Part shown: piece by piece, positions 9,478 through 19,325 of the stretch
How the letters are laid out: each line of letters opens with the position of its first letter
How positions within the stretch are numbered: the stretch's first letter is position 1
DNA from: Candidatus Oxydemutatoraceae bacterium
Lineage (GTDB): Bacteria; Pseudomonadota; Gammaproteobacteria; Poriferisulfidales; Oxydemutatoraceae
Length of the DNA stretch: 64,000 nucleotides
Assembly (NCBI GenBank): GCA_965218975.1
Contig: OZ244717.1
Span: 896,001-960,000, forward strand
Direction: 5' to 3'
Made by a program: the position numbers and the translations under genes
Notes under the pieces: model-generated
Database searches by the model: none
What the model was told of the DNA's origin: nothing
What the model saw: only the letters and a program-made list of their open reading frames with translations

Positions 9478-10695
9478 ATGGGGATACTTTATCAGACTTT
9501 TCTTTGGTCGTTTTGCATTGCGCTTGCTTTGGGCGCGGTCGCGAATAAAACAAATTTTTGCACGATGGGCGCCGTATCGGACTGGGTCAATATCGGCGAT
9601 ACGGGACGTATGCGTGCGTGGGTGTTGGCAATTGCGGTGGCAATACTTGGCGTTGGGTTATTGCACAGTATGAACAGTGTCGATATGTCGCTTGTAAATA
9701 GCGGCACGACCGGCAAACCCCCGTACACATCGCCGCAATTTATTTGGTTACGTTATGTGGTGGGAGGATTGCTGTTTGGTATCGGCATGACCTTGGGTTC
9801 CGGCTGTGGGAACAAAACATTTATCAGAATCGGCGGAGGTAATCTTAAGTCGATTTTCGTGTTAATGATGATGGGGGCGGGCGCGTATTTAATGATTTAT
9901 ACCGATTTCGGCGAATGGTTGTTTGTACAGTGGATGCGTCCTTTGTCGATTAACTTTACCGGTTACAGTGTTGAGAGTCAGGCGATTCCGGATATTATTG
10001 CCGGTGTTTTCGGTGCCGAAGGTTCGTCTTTTCAGTTGTTGAGTGCGATTGTAGTCGGCGCTCTATTATTTGCATGGGCGTTTCGTTCCGAAGCGTTGCG
10101 CGCAAAGTTTGATAATGTATTTGGCGGTTTCATGGTCGGCATCGCCGTCGTTTCGGTGTGGTATGTCACTGCGGGGCCGTTGGGGCAAACTCTGCTTGAA
10201 GAAGCCGAATTTTTTGATCAGCCGCACTATGATCTTGGTGCGCAGTCCCTTACTTTTGTTAAACCTAGCGCGCATTTTTTCTATCTGATTCGTGAAGGGT
10301 TCGCCTTTAATTTTGTCAGTCTCGCGTTGATTATTAGCGCGGGAATTATTTTGGGTTCTTTACTATATTCATTGTTCGCGCGCGCATTTCGGATTGAATG
10401 GTTTTCATCGATGAACGATTTTGTCAACCATCTTATCGGCGGTTTTTTAATGGGAGTCGGCGGTGTGCTTTCTTTGGGTTGCACTTTCGGACAAGCGATT
10501 ACCGGCGCTTCGACATTGGCGCTGGGATCATTTCTTACTTTTGCCTCTATTGTTTTCGGTGCTGCCGTTACAATGAAGACGCAGTATTATAAAATGGTAT
10601 ACGAAGAGGAAGCCAATTGGTTTGTATCGTTAGCAGCGGCGCTTGCCGATTTGCGCTTTTTACCTCAACGCTGGCGAGTTTTAGACCCAGTTTAA
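9478..10695 (+). CDS. YeeE/YedE family (thiosulfate/sulfur) transporter
   Basis: Multi-TM protein with NFCTMGA, GMTLGSGCG and LGCTFGQ Cys motifs. Confidence 0.88.
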   Translation: MGILYQTFLWSFCIALALGAVANKTNFCTMGAVSDWVNIGDTGRMRAWVLAIAVAILGVGLLHSMNSVDMSLVNSGTTGKPPYTSPQFIWLRYVVGGLLFGIGMTLGSGCGNKTFIRIGGGNLKSIFVLMMMGAGAYLMIYTDFGEWLFVQWMRPLSINFTGYSVESQAIPDIIAGVFGAEGSSFQLLSAIVVGALLFAWAFRSEALRAKFDNVFGGFMVGIAVVSVWYVTAGPLGQTLLEEAEFFDQPHYDLGAQSLTFVKPSAHFFYLIREGFAFNFVSLALIISAGIILGSLLYSLFARAFRIEWFSSMNDFVNHLIGGFLMGVGGVLSLGCTFGQAITGASTLALGSFLTFASIVFGAAVTMKTQYYKMVYEEEANWFVSLAAALADLRFLPQRWRVLDPV

Positions 10696-10737
10696 AAAAA
10701 ATCCCTTGATTTCCCGCCGCAACTGCTTTCCGACGAA

Positions 10738-10813
10738 TGGTGGGTCGTATAGGATTCGAACCTATGACCATCGGATTAAAAGTCCGGTGCTCTACCAACT
10801 GAGCTAACGACCC
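10738..10813 (-). tRNA. tRNA-Lys (UUU)
   Basis: Reverse complement GGGTCGTTAGCTCAGTTGGTAGAGCACCGGACTTTTAATCCGATGGTCATAGGTTCGAATCCTATACGACCCACCA: 76 nt, cloverleaf, anticodon TTT, encoded CCA. Confidence 0.97.
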
Positions 10814-10857
10814 ATACGGATATTCAAGCGGGGAACATTTTATCATTAACTTATTCT

Positions 10858-10885
10858 TTGATTCCATATTGCGGCTGTGTATAAT
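10858..10885 (+). promoter_or_regulatory. Candidate sigma70 promoter of rplM-rpsI
   Basis: TTGATT (10858) - 16 bp - TATAAT (10880), 37 bp before the rplM ATG. Confidence 0.45.
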
Positions 10886-10922
10886 GCTTATTTTTTTCAG
10901 CGACGACATAGTAAATCAATCA

Positions 10923-11351
10923 ATGAAAACTTATAGCGCAAAACCGGGTGAGGTTGAACAGAAGTGGTACTTGGTTGATGCCACCGCCAAGCCATTAGGT
11001 CGTCTTGCCAGCAATATTGCCAAGCGTCTGCGCGGAAAACACAAGCCGCAATACACACCACACACCGATACGGGTGACTATATCATTGTGATTAACGCCG
11101 AAAAAGTGATGGTGACCGGGAATAAGCGTGCCGATAAGATGTATTACCGGCATAGTGGCTACATCGGCAATTTAAAGAAGATGTCTTTTTCTGAAATGCT
11201 TGAAAAGCATCCCGAGCGTACAATTGAGATTGCGGTTAAAGGCATGTTACCGCGTAATTCTTTAGGGCGAAAGATGTTACGTAAGTTGCGTGTTTATGCA
11301 GGCACCACCAATCGACATCAGGCGCAGCAACCTGAGCCGCTGGAAATTTAA
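10923..11351 (+). CDS. rplM: 50S ribosomal protein L13
   Basis: [36 protein letters not shown]; start at ATG 10923. Confidence 0.98.
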   Translation: MKTYSAKPGEVEQKWYLVDATAKPLGRLASNIAKRLRGKHKPQYTPHTDTGDYIIVINAEKVMVTGNKRADKMYYRHSGYIGNLKKMSFSEMLEKHPERTIEIAVKGMLPRNSLGRKMLRKLRVYAGTTNRHQAQQPEPLEI

Positions 11352-11353
11352 CT

Positions 11354-11749
11354 ATGGCGATTTTAGCGATATATGGCACCGTCGGGCGTAGAAAACGGTC
11401 AATCGCGCGAGTTTTTCTACGTCCCGGTGGCGGTGGCATCCGCATCAATCGCCGCGAGATAAAAAATTACTTTCACCGCGATAGCCTTTGCATGATTGCC
11501 GTAGAACCGCTTGAGCACGTAGGAATGCGAAATCAATTTGACTGCGATATCCGTGTGCGAGGCGGTGGTATCAGCGGCCAAGCGGGCGCTGTCAAGCTCG
11601 GTATTGCAAGAGCGTTGCTACGATATGACGAAGCATTGCGTCGGCGTTTGCGCGAACGCGGATTTTTAACTCGTGATTCGCGTGTTGTTGAGCGCAAAAA
11701 AGTCGGTCTGCGTAAAGCGCGCAAAGACAAACAATTTTCCAAGCGGTAA
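11354..11749 (+). CDS. rpsI: 30S ribosomal protein S9
   Basis: [37 protein letters not shown] end. Confidence 0.97.
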   Translation: MAILAIYGTVGRRKRSIARVFLRPGGGGIRINRREIKNYFHRDSLCMIAVEPLEHVGMRNQFDCDIRVRGGGISGQAGAVKLGIARALLRYDEALRRRLRERGFLTRDSRVVERKKVGLRKARKDKQFSKR

Positions 11750-11761
11750 TCGTACTTACTT

Positions 11762-13300
11762 TTAAGCCGCTGTGGCTGTGCCAATTTGAATCGGTTCGGG
11801 CGTCGGGTGGCGCTCTTCCAGCGAGACCGATAGCCCTGCTCCGGTAACAACGCGTGCGTGATAACGTTTCAGAAGACGCGGTTCTTTGACCCCGCACGAG
11901 TGTGCGATCACCGCGACTTCCTTGTGCATATTTTTTACAAAATTAGCCACGCGCACCGATTTTTTCTGCGGGACTAATCCCGCTTGCAATCGTGGGTTGT
12001 GTGTTGTTACACCGGTTGGGCAAGTATTTTTATTACACTGTAGCGCTTGAATGCAACCGATTGCAAACATAAATCCGCGTGCCGAAGTGATGAAATCCGC
12101 CCCCAAACATAATGCCCAAGCAACTTCCGCCGGATTAATCAATTTCCCCGACGCAACGACTTTGACTCGGTCACGCAATCTATATTTGATAAGACTGTCG
12201 ACAACCAGCGGCAGGCTTTCGCGCAAAGGCAATCCCATATTGTCAATCAATGCCATCGGTGCTGCGCCGGTACCGCCGTCGGCACTGTCTATCGTGATAA
12301 AGTCGGGAGCATATTCAATTCCCCGTTCATGGATTAATTTCATCAAGGTGTCAACCCAGCCATAAGCGCCGAGCGCCATTTTGAAACCCGTCGGTTTTCC
12401 GGTTACATCACGGATGTGGTTGATCATGTCAAGTAAGTCGTCATTATTTTTGATTTCCAGGTGGCGGTTAGGGCTGAGCGCGTTTTGACCGGCGGCAATT
12501 CCACGAATTTCAGCAATCTCTTCGGTTACTTTTTCCGCCGGCAGTATTCCGCCTTTCCCGGGCTTCGCGCCTTGACTCAGTTTGAGCTCAAACATCTTAA
12601 CTTGTCGATGCGCTGAGATTTTAGCAAGTTTTGAATCGTCTAGCTTCCCATCCAAAGTGCGAACGCCATTTTTTGCCGTGCCGATTTGGAAAACAAGATC
12701 AACATCTCCTTCCAAATGGTACGGCGACAAACCGCCTTCGCCGGTGTTCATCCAGCATCCCGCCATCTTGGCGCCTTGAGATAAAGCGAGTACCGCAGGT
12801 TTTGAAATAGCTCCATAACTCATTCCCGATACATTGATCAAGGACTTGGCGTTATACGGGTGTTTGCAATAGTGACCGATAGTTATGGGCTGTATGTTGG
12901 TTGTGTTTTCTTCCAATTCGGGAAACGGGCAGTTGACAAAAAATACACTGCCGACATGACGTAGGTCCTTTGTCGAACCGAAAGCGGAGGTAGTGTTTAA
13001 ATCTTTGGCGGCACGATAAACCCACGATCTCTGAGCCCGATTAAAGGGCAGTTCTTCACGGTCCATTGAAAAGAAGTACTGCCGGAAAAACTCTCCGATA
13101 TATTCAAACAGATAACGAAAACGACCGATCACCGGATAATTGCGGCGTACCGCATGCTCACTTTGTGTTCTATCTATAATGTACAGCACCGCAAGCGCGA
13201 TGCTAATGACAAATAAACCGACTAATAAACCGACTTGTAAAAAGAACGAAACTTCTTCAAGTATGCTCTTTAATATTTTTACAAATTCTTCTTGAAACAT
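11762..13300 (-). CDS. FMN-binding glutamate synthase family protein
   Basis: RNYPVIGRFRY, SGMSYGA, NTGEGG, KLSQGAKPGKGG, GCIQALQC...CPTG. Confidence 0.92.
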   Translation of the reverse strand: MFQEEFVKILKSILEEVSFFLQVGLLVGLFVISIALAVLYIIDRTQSEHAVRRNYPVIGRFRYLFEYIGEFFRQYFFSMDREELPFNRAQRSWVYRAAKDLNTTSAFGSTKDLRHVGSVFFVNCPFPELEENTTNIQPITIGHYCKHPYNAKSLINVSGMSYGAISKPAVLALSQGAKMAGCWMNTGEGGLSPYHLEGDVDLVFQIGTAKNGVRTLDGKLDDSKLAKISAHRQVKMFELKLSQGAKPGKGGILPAEKVTEEIAEIRGIAAGQNALSPNRHLEIKNNDDLLDMINHIRDVTGKPTGFKMALGAYGWVDTLMKLIHERGIEYAPDFITIDSADGGTGAAPMALIDNMGLPLRESLPLVVDSLIKYRLRDRVKVVASGKLINPAEVAWALCLGADFITSARGFMFAIGCIQALQCNKNTCPTGVTTHNPRLQAGLVPQKKSVRVANFVKNMHKEVAVIAHSCGVKEPRLLKRYHARVVTGAGLSVSLEERHPTPEPIQIGTATAA

Positions 13301-13303
13301 CGT

Positions 13304-13999
13304 TTAAGTACCTCCGATTGTCAGAGGGAGTAAGGTCTTTACCCCCGTGCTGCTGCCAAGTAATAACATATCCGCACCGCGTAAGGCAAATAAACCGACG
13401 CTCACAACTCCGGGGAGCTGATTGATTTTCTGTTCTAATGCAATTGGATCGTTCATGTCGAGTCTGCGGACATCTAAAATTGCGTTACCATTATCAGTGA
13501 TAAAAATCTTTCCACCGGTTTGGGACACCCGCAATTCCGGAACGCCGCCTAGTGCCGCCAGTTTCCTTGCCACTAAACTTCTCGCCATTGGGGTCACCTC
13601 TATCGGCAGTGGAAAATTTCCCAGTTGTTTGACCAATTTTGATTCATCGGCAATGCAGATAAACTTGTTGCTTGCTTGTGCGATAATTTTTTCTCGCGTT
13701 AAAGCGCCGCCACCGCCTTTAATCAGGCGCAAGCGATGGTCTGCTTCGTCAGCGCCGTCAACATAGATCGGTAGATTGCCGGTATCATTTAAGTCATGGA
13801 CCGGTATCCGATATCGGCACAATTGCTTTTTCGTTGCTTCGGAGCTTGCTACCGCGCCATCAATCCGCTGTTTAATTTTTGCTAACTCATCAATAAAATA
13901 CGTAACGGTCGAGCCGGTGCCGATGCCGACGATATCTCCCGGGCTGATATATTCGATCGCTGCCTGCGCCGCCCAGCGTTTTTTTTCCGCTACCGACAT
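13304..13999 (-). CDS. rpiA: Ribose-5-phosphate isomerase A
   Basis: [35 protein letters not shown]. Confidence 0.97.
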   Translation of the reverse strand: MSVAEKKRWAAQAAIEYISPGDIVGIGTGSTVTYFIDELAKIKQRIDGAVASSEATKKQLCRYRIPVHDLNDTGNLPIYVDGADEADHRLRLIKGGGGALTREKIIAQASNKFICIADESKLVKQLGNFPLPIEVTPMARSLVARKLAALGGVPELRVSQTGGKIFITDNGNAILDVRRLDMNDPIALEQKINQLPGVVSVGLFALRGADMLLLGSSTGVKTLLPLTIGGT

Positions 14000-14043
14000 T
14001 ATTATTCAGATACAATTTGCAACATTAGTTTCAGCACAGAACG

Positions 14044-15558
14044 ATGAATCAAGATTATTTGATAAGAATCAATACCGCTAAAGTATATGATATCGCACAA
14101 GTTTCGCCGTTGGATAAAGCGCCCATCTTATCTAACCGGCTGCATAACAAGGTTTTATTGAAACGTGAGGACTTGCAGCCGATTTTTTCGTTTAAGCTGC
14201 GCGGTGCATACAACAAAATAGTCGGTTTGCTTGCAGCGGAGCGCGCTGCCGGTGTGATTGCCGCATCGGCTGGGAACCATGCTCAAGGTGTCGCGCTTGC
14301 CGGACAGAAGCTTGGTATTCGCACTATAATTGTAATGCCGCGGACAACGCCGCAAATTAAAATTGCTGCGGTGCGTCAACGAGGCGCCGAGATCATACTG
14401 CAAGGAGATACTTACGATCAGGCATGTCAATATGCGCTCGGTATCGCCGCAGAAAAAAAGCACGTCTTCATTCATCCCTATGACGATGTTGATGTTATTG
14501 CGGGACAAGGGACGATCGGTAAGGAGCTACATGAACAATGCACCGAGGCCATTGATGCTGTCTTTATTCCGGTTGGCGGCGGCGGTTTGATTGCGGGTAT
14601 TGCCGCATACTTAAAAGCAAAGCGCCCCGAAACGAAAATCATCGGGGTCGAACCGGAAGATGCTCCGACTTTGCATGCGGCGATGCAAGCGGGGGAGCGG
14701 ATAGTGCTCAAGCAGGTCGGGTTGTTTGCCGACGGAGTGGCGGTTCGTCAGATCGGCAAAGAAACTTTCCGTGTTGCACAGCGGTACGTTGATGAAGTAG
14801 TGCTGGTTACCACTGATCAAATTTGCGCGGCGATTAAGGATAACTTTGATGAGACTCGGGTGATGGCGGAACCTGCGGGCGCTTTGGCGATTGCCGGAAT
14901 GAAAAAATATGTTGCCGAATATCAGCTAAGAGATTGTCATCTGATTGCGTTGGTTAGCGGCGCCAATATCAACTTTGATCGTCTCGGGCATATTGTTGAG
15001 CGATATGAAATTGGTGAAAATACCGAATCCTTGTTTGCGGTAACAATCCCGGAGCGGCCAGGTAGTTTTCTTGACTTTTGCCGTTTGCTTGAGCATCGGA
15101 CGATTACCGAATTTAATTATCGCTATGCCGATAAAGTTGATGCGCATATATTTGTCGGGTTGAAATTTGCCGATGCGGCACGGGAAAAGAACGTTTTAAT
15201 TCAACTGCTGCGAAGCAATGGCTACTCAGTGTTGGACATTTCCGAGAATGAAATGGCAAAGGTGCATCTGAGACATATGGTCGGGGGGCAGTCAAAGGGG
15301 GCGGACAACGAGCGGTTGTTTCGGTTTCAGTTTCCGGAACGGCCGGGCGCGTTGTTGGAATTTCTTGAAAAGATGCAACGTAATTGGAATATTAGCCTAT
15401 TCCATTATCGTAACCATGGCGCCGCTTACGGACGCGTGTTGGTGGGAATGCAAGTTCCCGATGAAGCGCTTTCAGAGTTGCATGCTTTTATCAAACAAGT
15501 GGGATATCGTTACCACGATGAAAGTGATAATCCGGTGTACCCTTTATTTCTAAAGTAA
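14044..15558 (+). CDS. ilvA: Biosynthetic threonine ammonia-lyase
   Basis: KREDLQPIFSFKLRGAYN, ASAGNHAQG, ACT-like C-domains (FPERPGAL, FHYRNHG). Confidence 0.97.
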   Translation: MNQDYLIRINTAKVYDIAQVSPLDKAPILSNRLHNKVLLKREDLQPIFSFKLRGAYNKIVGLLAAERAAGVIAASAGNHAQGVALAGQKLGIRTIIVMPRTTPQIKIAAVRQRGAEIILQGDTYDQACQYALGIAAEKKHVFIHPYDDVDVIAGQGTIGKELHEQCTEAIDAVFIPVGGGGLIAGIAAYLKAKRPETKIIGVEPEDAPTLHAAMQAGERIVLKQVGLFADGVAVRQIGKETFRVAQRYVDEVVLVTTDQICAAIKDNFDETRVMAEPAGALAIAGMKKYVAEYQLRDCHLIALVSGANINFDRLGHIVERYEIGENTESLFAVTIPERPGSFLDFCRLLEHRTITEFNYRYADKVDAHIFVGLKFADAAREKNVLIQLLRSNGYSVLDISENEMAKVHLRHMVGGQSKGADNERLFRFQFPERPGALLEFLEKMQRNWNISLFHYRNHGAAYGRVLVGMQVPDEALSELHAFIKQVGYRYHDESDNPVYPLFLK

Positions 15559-15591
15559 GCTCTTTTGCTTAATCTGATGCTTGGATTTTAT

Positions 15592-15873
15592 TTATCGCTC
15601 CCGTACCACGACCACAGCTCTTTTCAGCAGAAACCGCGCAAACAGCACAGCAAGCAAAATAAACACCCCGATTGAAAGGCTCAAAGAGTAAAAATTGAAA
15701 ATCAAACTGATCATGCCGATTACGGCAAGACAGACCGCAGTGCCGAGCACCTCTTGAAGCAGGCCTTTTTTCAAGCGCGATAAGTAATTATTCACAAATA
15801 AAAATGCTGCCCACGATAGCACTGCGAACCCTATCGCCACTAGAAAAAAAATCATGTGCTCAACAATAACCAT
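15592..15873 (-). CDS. Small hypothetical membrane protein (about 3 TM)
   Basis: 93-aa hydrophobic ORF converging on ilvA; no recognisable motif. Confidence 0.55.
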   Translation of the reverse strand: MVIVEHMIFFLVAIGFAVLSWAAFLFVNNYLSRLKKGLLQEVLGTAVCLAVIGMISLIFNFYSLSLSIGVFILLAVLFARFLLKRAVVVVRER

Positions 15874-15977
15874 TTCTTTCTCGCGTTAGTTTTTGAATTT
15901 TTACCGGTTCGATTGATATCAAGTTTTCTCTATAGACGATAAACTTTAGCACAATTAAAGGCTTTTGTTCAATATTT

Positions 15978-16016
15978 TGTACGATGCCACCCTAAATGGG
16001 ATTTTTGAAGGGCTTC
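15978..16016 (+). repeat. 39-bp putative transposon end (TGT...), inverted copy at 30948-30986
   Basis: tgtacgatgccaccctaaatgggatttttgaagggcttc matches the reverse complement of 30948-30986 at 37/39. Confidence 0.8.
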
Positions 16017-16082
16017 AGGGGAAGCGTTCGGCAGTAACATTCGGATCGGTGCTTTCTGTCCGTTGCCAGCATGAGGACGGTG

Positions 16083-16402
16083 CAGGGTGAGACGCGCCCG
16101 GAAAACCGATCGGTTTTCAGTGGCGAACGATCCGACAAGGACGTCGGGGCTGGCGTTTATTGACAGAACCAAGTTTCGTCATGGACGAGCAGGGTGAGAC
16201 GCGCCCGGAAAACCGACTGGTTTTCAGCGGCGAACGACCCGACAAGGACGTCGGGGCTGGCGCTCATTGACAGAACCAAGTCTCGTCATGGACGAGCAAG
16301 GTGAGACGCGCCCGGAAAACCGACTGGTTTTCAGTGGCGAACGACCCGACAAGGGCGTCGGGGCTGGCGTTTATTGACAGAACCAAGTCTCGTCATGGAC
16401 GA
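16083..16402. repeat. Tandem array A: 3 x 107-bp palindrome-rich unit
   Basis: Units start at 16083, 16190, 16297; internal hairpins gaaaaccg-at-cggttttc and cccgac-aaggac-gtcggg. Confidence 0.93.
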
Positions 16403-16651
16403 CAGGCACTTTGCCGAAAATCCAGCAACAAACACAAAATGGTTTCATAACCGGTCATTGAATGCTTCCGTATCGGCGAATAGCAGGTCTTCTGCATGAT
16501 CAATACAATCTTCTTGGACGATGCGGTTGAAGCGCTCGATGTGCGCGTTCATTTTTGGACACTTGGGATAGGTCAGCCACTGCTCAATCACGGGTGATTC
16601 CCGGATGAGCTGGGCAAACTGTCCTTGAAACTCACTCCCGCCGTCCGTCAG
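16403..16651 (-). pseudogene. IS481-like (rve integrase core) transposase fragment
   Basis: LTDGGSEFQGQF...TYPKCPKMNAHIERFNRIVQED matches the TDNGSEF and P..N..ERFNRT..EE motifs; N-terminal part absent. Confidence 0.8.
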
Positions 16652-16967
16652 GGTGAGACGCACCCGGAAAACCGATCGGTTTTCAGCGGCGAACGACTCG
16701 ACAAGGACGTTGGGGCTGGCGCTCATTGACAGAACCAAGTCTCGTCATGGACGACAGGGTGAGACGCGCCCGGAAAACCGATCGGTTTTCAGCGGCGAAC
16801 GACCCGACAAGGACGTCGGGGCTGGCGCTCATTGACAGAACCAAGTCTCGTTATGGACGAGCAGGGTGAGACGCGCCCGGAAAACCGATCGGTTTTCAGT
16901 GGCGAACGACCCGACAAGGGCGTCGGGGCTGGCGTTTATTGACAGAACCAAGTCTCGTCATGGACGA
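16649..16967. repeat. Tandem array B: 3 x 106-107-bp unit, same family as array A
   Basis: Units start at 16649, 16755, 16862; the whole block duplicates 16083-16648 with a 566-bp period. Confidence 0.93.
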
Positions 16968-17077
16968 CAGGCACTTTGCTGAAAATCCAGCAACAAACAC
17001 AAAACGGTTTCATAACCGGTCATTGAATGCTTCCGTATCGGCGAATAGCAGGTTTTCTGCATGAATCAATACAATCT

Positions 17078-18989
17078 CTTGACTTCGTAGGTTTTGTCTC
17101 GTAAGTGATTGATATTATTGCCTTCAGGATTCTCAAGGGCACTACATTACGGTGTTGTTTGTAGCCCTCCGCGCTCAGCTTCCCCCAGGGCGTGACTTGT
17201 CGGGAAGCGGGAACGGAGCTTCGTTCCATTTCAGGCCGACACTACGGTAGATCCTATTGGCATCCGCACTCGCGCGGCTCGGCATCGCATACCGCTTCTG
17301 TGTGTCGGTACGTACCAAGATGCTCAACTGCAAGGTGTCGAGCTCGCGCCGGATCCGCTCCGCGCTCATCGGGAAGCCCAGCGCTTTGAGCCGCCGGCGC
17401 AGCTGCTGCAAGCAGCAGAAGGCCATATAGCAGATCGCAATGTGCGCCTGGATACGCCGCGGCTTCCAGTGAAAGATCGGGCGGATGCAAAGGTCATGCT
17501 TGTTAGTGCGAAAGCAATGTTCTACTTCCCACAACCGACGGTACTGCGACAGCAATTCCTTTGGCGCCATCTCCTCGTTGCCGTGTGCGATGATTGCGCG
17601 CAGGCCGTCCCAACGCGCCGCATCGGCCACCTTGGCCGCATCAATCTTAACCCGGCCCTTTGCGGGGAAGCTTAAGTAACAGGCATAGCCGCGCGCCACG
17701 AAACCTGCCGGGCGCTCGCTGCGTTGATACTTCCGGCGCAACTGTGACAATATGCGTTCCCGAACTTCTTGATCCTTGCGCGCGCGCCGGCGTGAATAGG
17801 TGACTATGATCCGCCGGCCTTCGTGGCGAATCATCCGGTAACGCAGGTCCTGCGTTTTGAGCCAGCCTTGATCGTCTGCTGCACTGAGGGCCTGCAGCTT
17901 GATCTTGGCCGGGGCCGACTTGAGACGATAGCCGAGCACATAGGCCAAGCCCTGCTCCTGCAGGAATGTCTGGTTCTCACGGCTCAGCATCGCCGCATCG
18001 GCCACTACTGTAAATACAGCACCCGGATGTCTCTGTTGCAGACTTGTCACTGCCTGCATCAAGGTTTTGCCCTCAAAGGTGTTGCCCGGCAACAGTGCGT
18101 AGTCCACCGGCAGACCGTCGCAGGTCGTCATCAGTGCCAGTAACACCTGGCAGCGGTGCGGCTTGCCGTCCTTACTATAACCTTTCGCGCGCAACGGGTC
18201 CTCTTGCTCGCTCTCGAAGTACAGGGTCGTGCAATCAAAGAAGAACACCTTGAGGGGCTGATCATACAACTTCTGTGCCGCCTGATGAGACTGTTCCCGG
18301 ATGCGTGCGATCACCGCCTCCTCAAGGTGATCCATAGTCTGGTAAACCCGGTCGAGATTGAGCGAAACGCCGCTTCGTTCGAGCTCGCACACCGTAGCGC
18401 GCTTGCTCTGCGGCTGTGCGATACGCGCCAGTACCAGCTCGCGCAGGATGCGGTTCGCTACTGTGCGCCGCGCCCCCAACACCTGGTTCCAACCCAAGTG
18501 CGAATAAATCTGCGTGAACGCCTCGCGCACCCCAAGTATCAGCCGCATCTCCTCACGGCATTCGGCAAGATCTACCCCGAAGCGCGCCAAACGCGGTGCG
18601 TGCCGTGCCTCAGCTGCGAGATCCGCGTACTGCTTCGGTGTGAACAGCGACTGTTGTGCTGTACCGGCTTGGCGCAGCTCTTCCAAGGTGACCTCGCCGA
18701 GCTTGCGCAAAGATGCAAGCTGCTCGGGACTGTCGGCAGCGCCGATATGCCGAACCACACGCTGACGCGGACCATCGGCAGTGCGCACGGAGCGCACGAT
18801 CTGCAAGCGAGTGCGGCCACGTTCGGGATCATATTTTTCACGCAAGTACATAGACCCGAATGATAACCCAAAATCCAAGTGAAAACAAGCCTGGGGGCAC
18901 TACAATAGGGTTTTTCGGCAGCGTCCGGGTAACCCTATGATAATAAAAGATTTATTTTTTGCCCAAAGGTCAAAACCTACGAAGTCAAG
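17078..18989 (-). mobile_element. IS1634-family insertion sequence with 19-bp terminal IRs and 77-bp flanking direct repeats
   Basis: cttgacttcgtaggttttg (17078-17096) is the perfect inverse of caaaacctacgaagtcaag (18971-18989); 17001-17077 is identical to 18990-19066. Confidence 0.93.
17175..18851 (-). CDS. IS1634-family DDE transposase
   Basis: FFDCTTLYFESE, GYSKDGK, VVADAAM, Y..LW.VE..FR..K..L.IRPIFHW...RIQAHI; start probably ATG 18851. Confidence 0.93.
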   Translation of the reverse strand: MYLREKYDPERGRTRLQIVRSVRTADGPRQRVVRHIGAADSPEQLASLRKLGEVTLEELRQAGTAQQSLFTPKQYADLAAEARHAPRLARFGVDLAECREEMRLILGVREAFTQIYSHLGWNQVLGARRTVANRILRELVLARIAQPQSKRATVCELERSGVSLNLDRVYQTMDHLEEAVIARIREQSHQAAQKLYDQPLKVFFFDCTTLYFESEQEDPLRAKGYSKDGKPHRCQVLLALMTTCDGLPVDYALLPGNTFEGKTLMQAVTSLQQRHPGAVFTVVADAAMLSRENQTFLQEQGLAYVLGYRLKSAPAKIKLQALSAADDQGWLKTQDLRYRMIRHEGRRIIVTYSRRRARKDQEVRERILSQLRRKYQRSERPAGFVARGYACYLSFPAKGRVKIDAAKVADAARWDGLRAIIAHGNEEMAPKELLSQYRRLWEVEHCFRTNKHDLCIRPIFHWKPRRIQAHIAICYMAFCCLQQLRRRLKALGFPMSAERIRRELDTLQLSILVRTDTQKRYAMPSRASADANRIYRSVGLKWNEAPFPLPDKSRPGGS

Positions 18990-19181
18990 AAAACGGTTTC
19001 ATAACCGGTCATTGAATGCTTCCGTATCGGCGAATAGCAGGTTTTCTGCATGAATCAATACAATCTTCTTGGACGGTGCGGTTGAAGCGCTCGATGTGCG
19101 CGTTCATTTTTGGACACTTGGGATAGGTCAGCCACTGCTCAATCACGGGTGATTCCCGGATGAGCTGGGCAAACTGTCCTT
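18990..19181 (-). pseudogene. Continuation of the second IS481-like fragment (begins 16968, split by the IS1634), frameshifted
   Basis: Near-identical to 16436-16626, with one extra A (catgaatc vs catgatc). Confidence 0.75.
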
Positions 19182-19325
19182 TCTCGGTAGCATCTTCCGG
19201 TGCATCGGCTTTAATGAATGCTTTGTAGATTGCGGTAGTGCTGATCTTGTCGGGATAATTGATTCCGTTGATAAACTTTGTCTGTATATGAGATTTTGCA
19301 GTCGCTTGCTTTCCTTCAATCGGTT

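Noticed and set aside
16083-16402. Possible tandem hammerhead ribozymes
   Set aside because: The multi-stem fold is suggestive, but I found no CUGANGA...GAAA core on either strand
16083-16967. Possible CRISPR array
   Set aside because: The units are ~107 bp and contiguous, with no unique spacers, and no cas genes are in the window
18156-18863. 235-aa + strand ORF inside the IS
   Set aside because: Antisense to the transposase, with no recognisable motif
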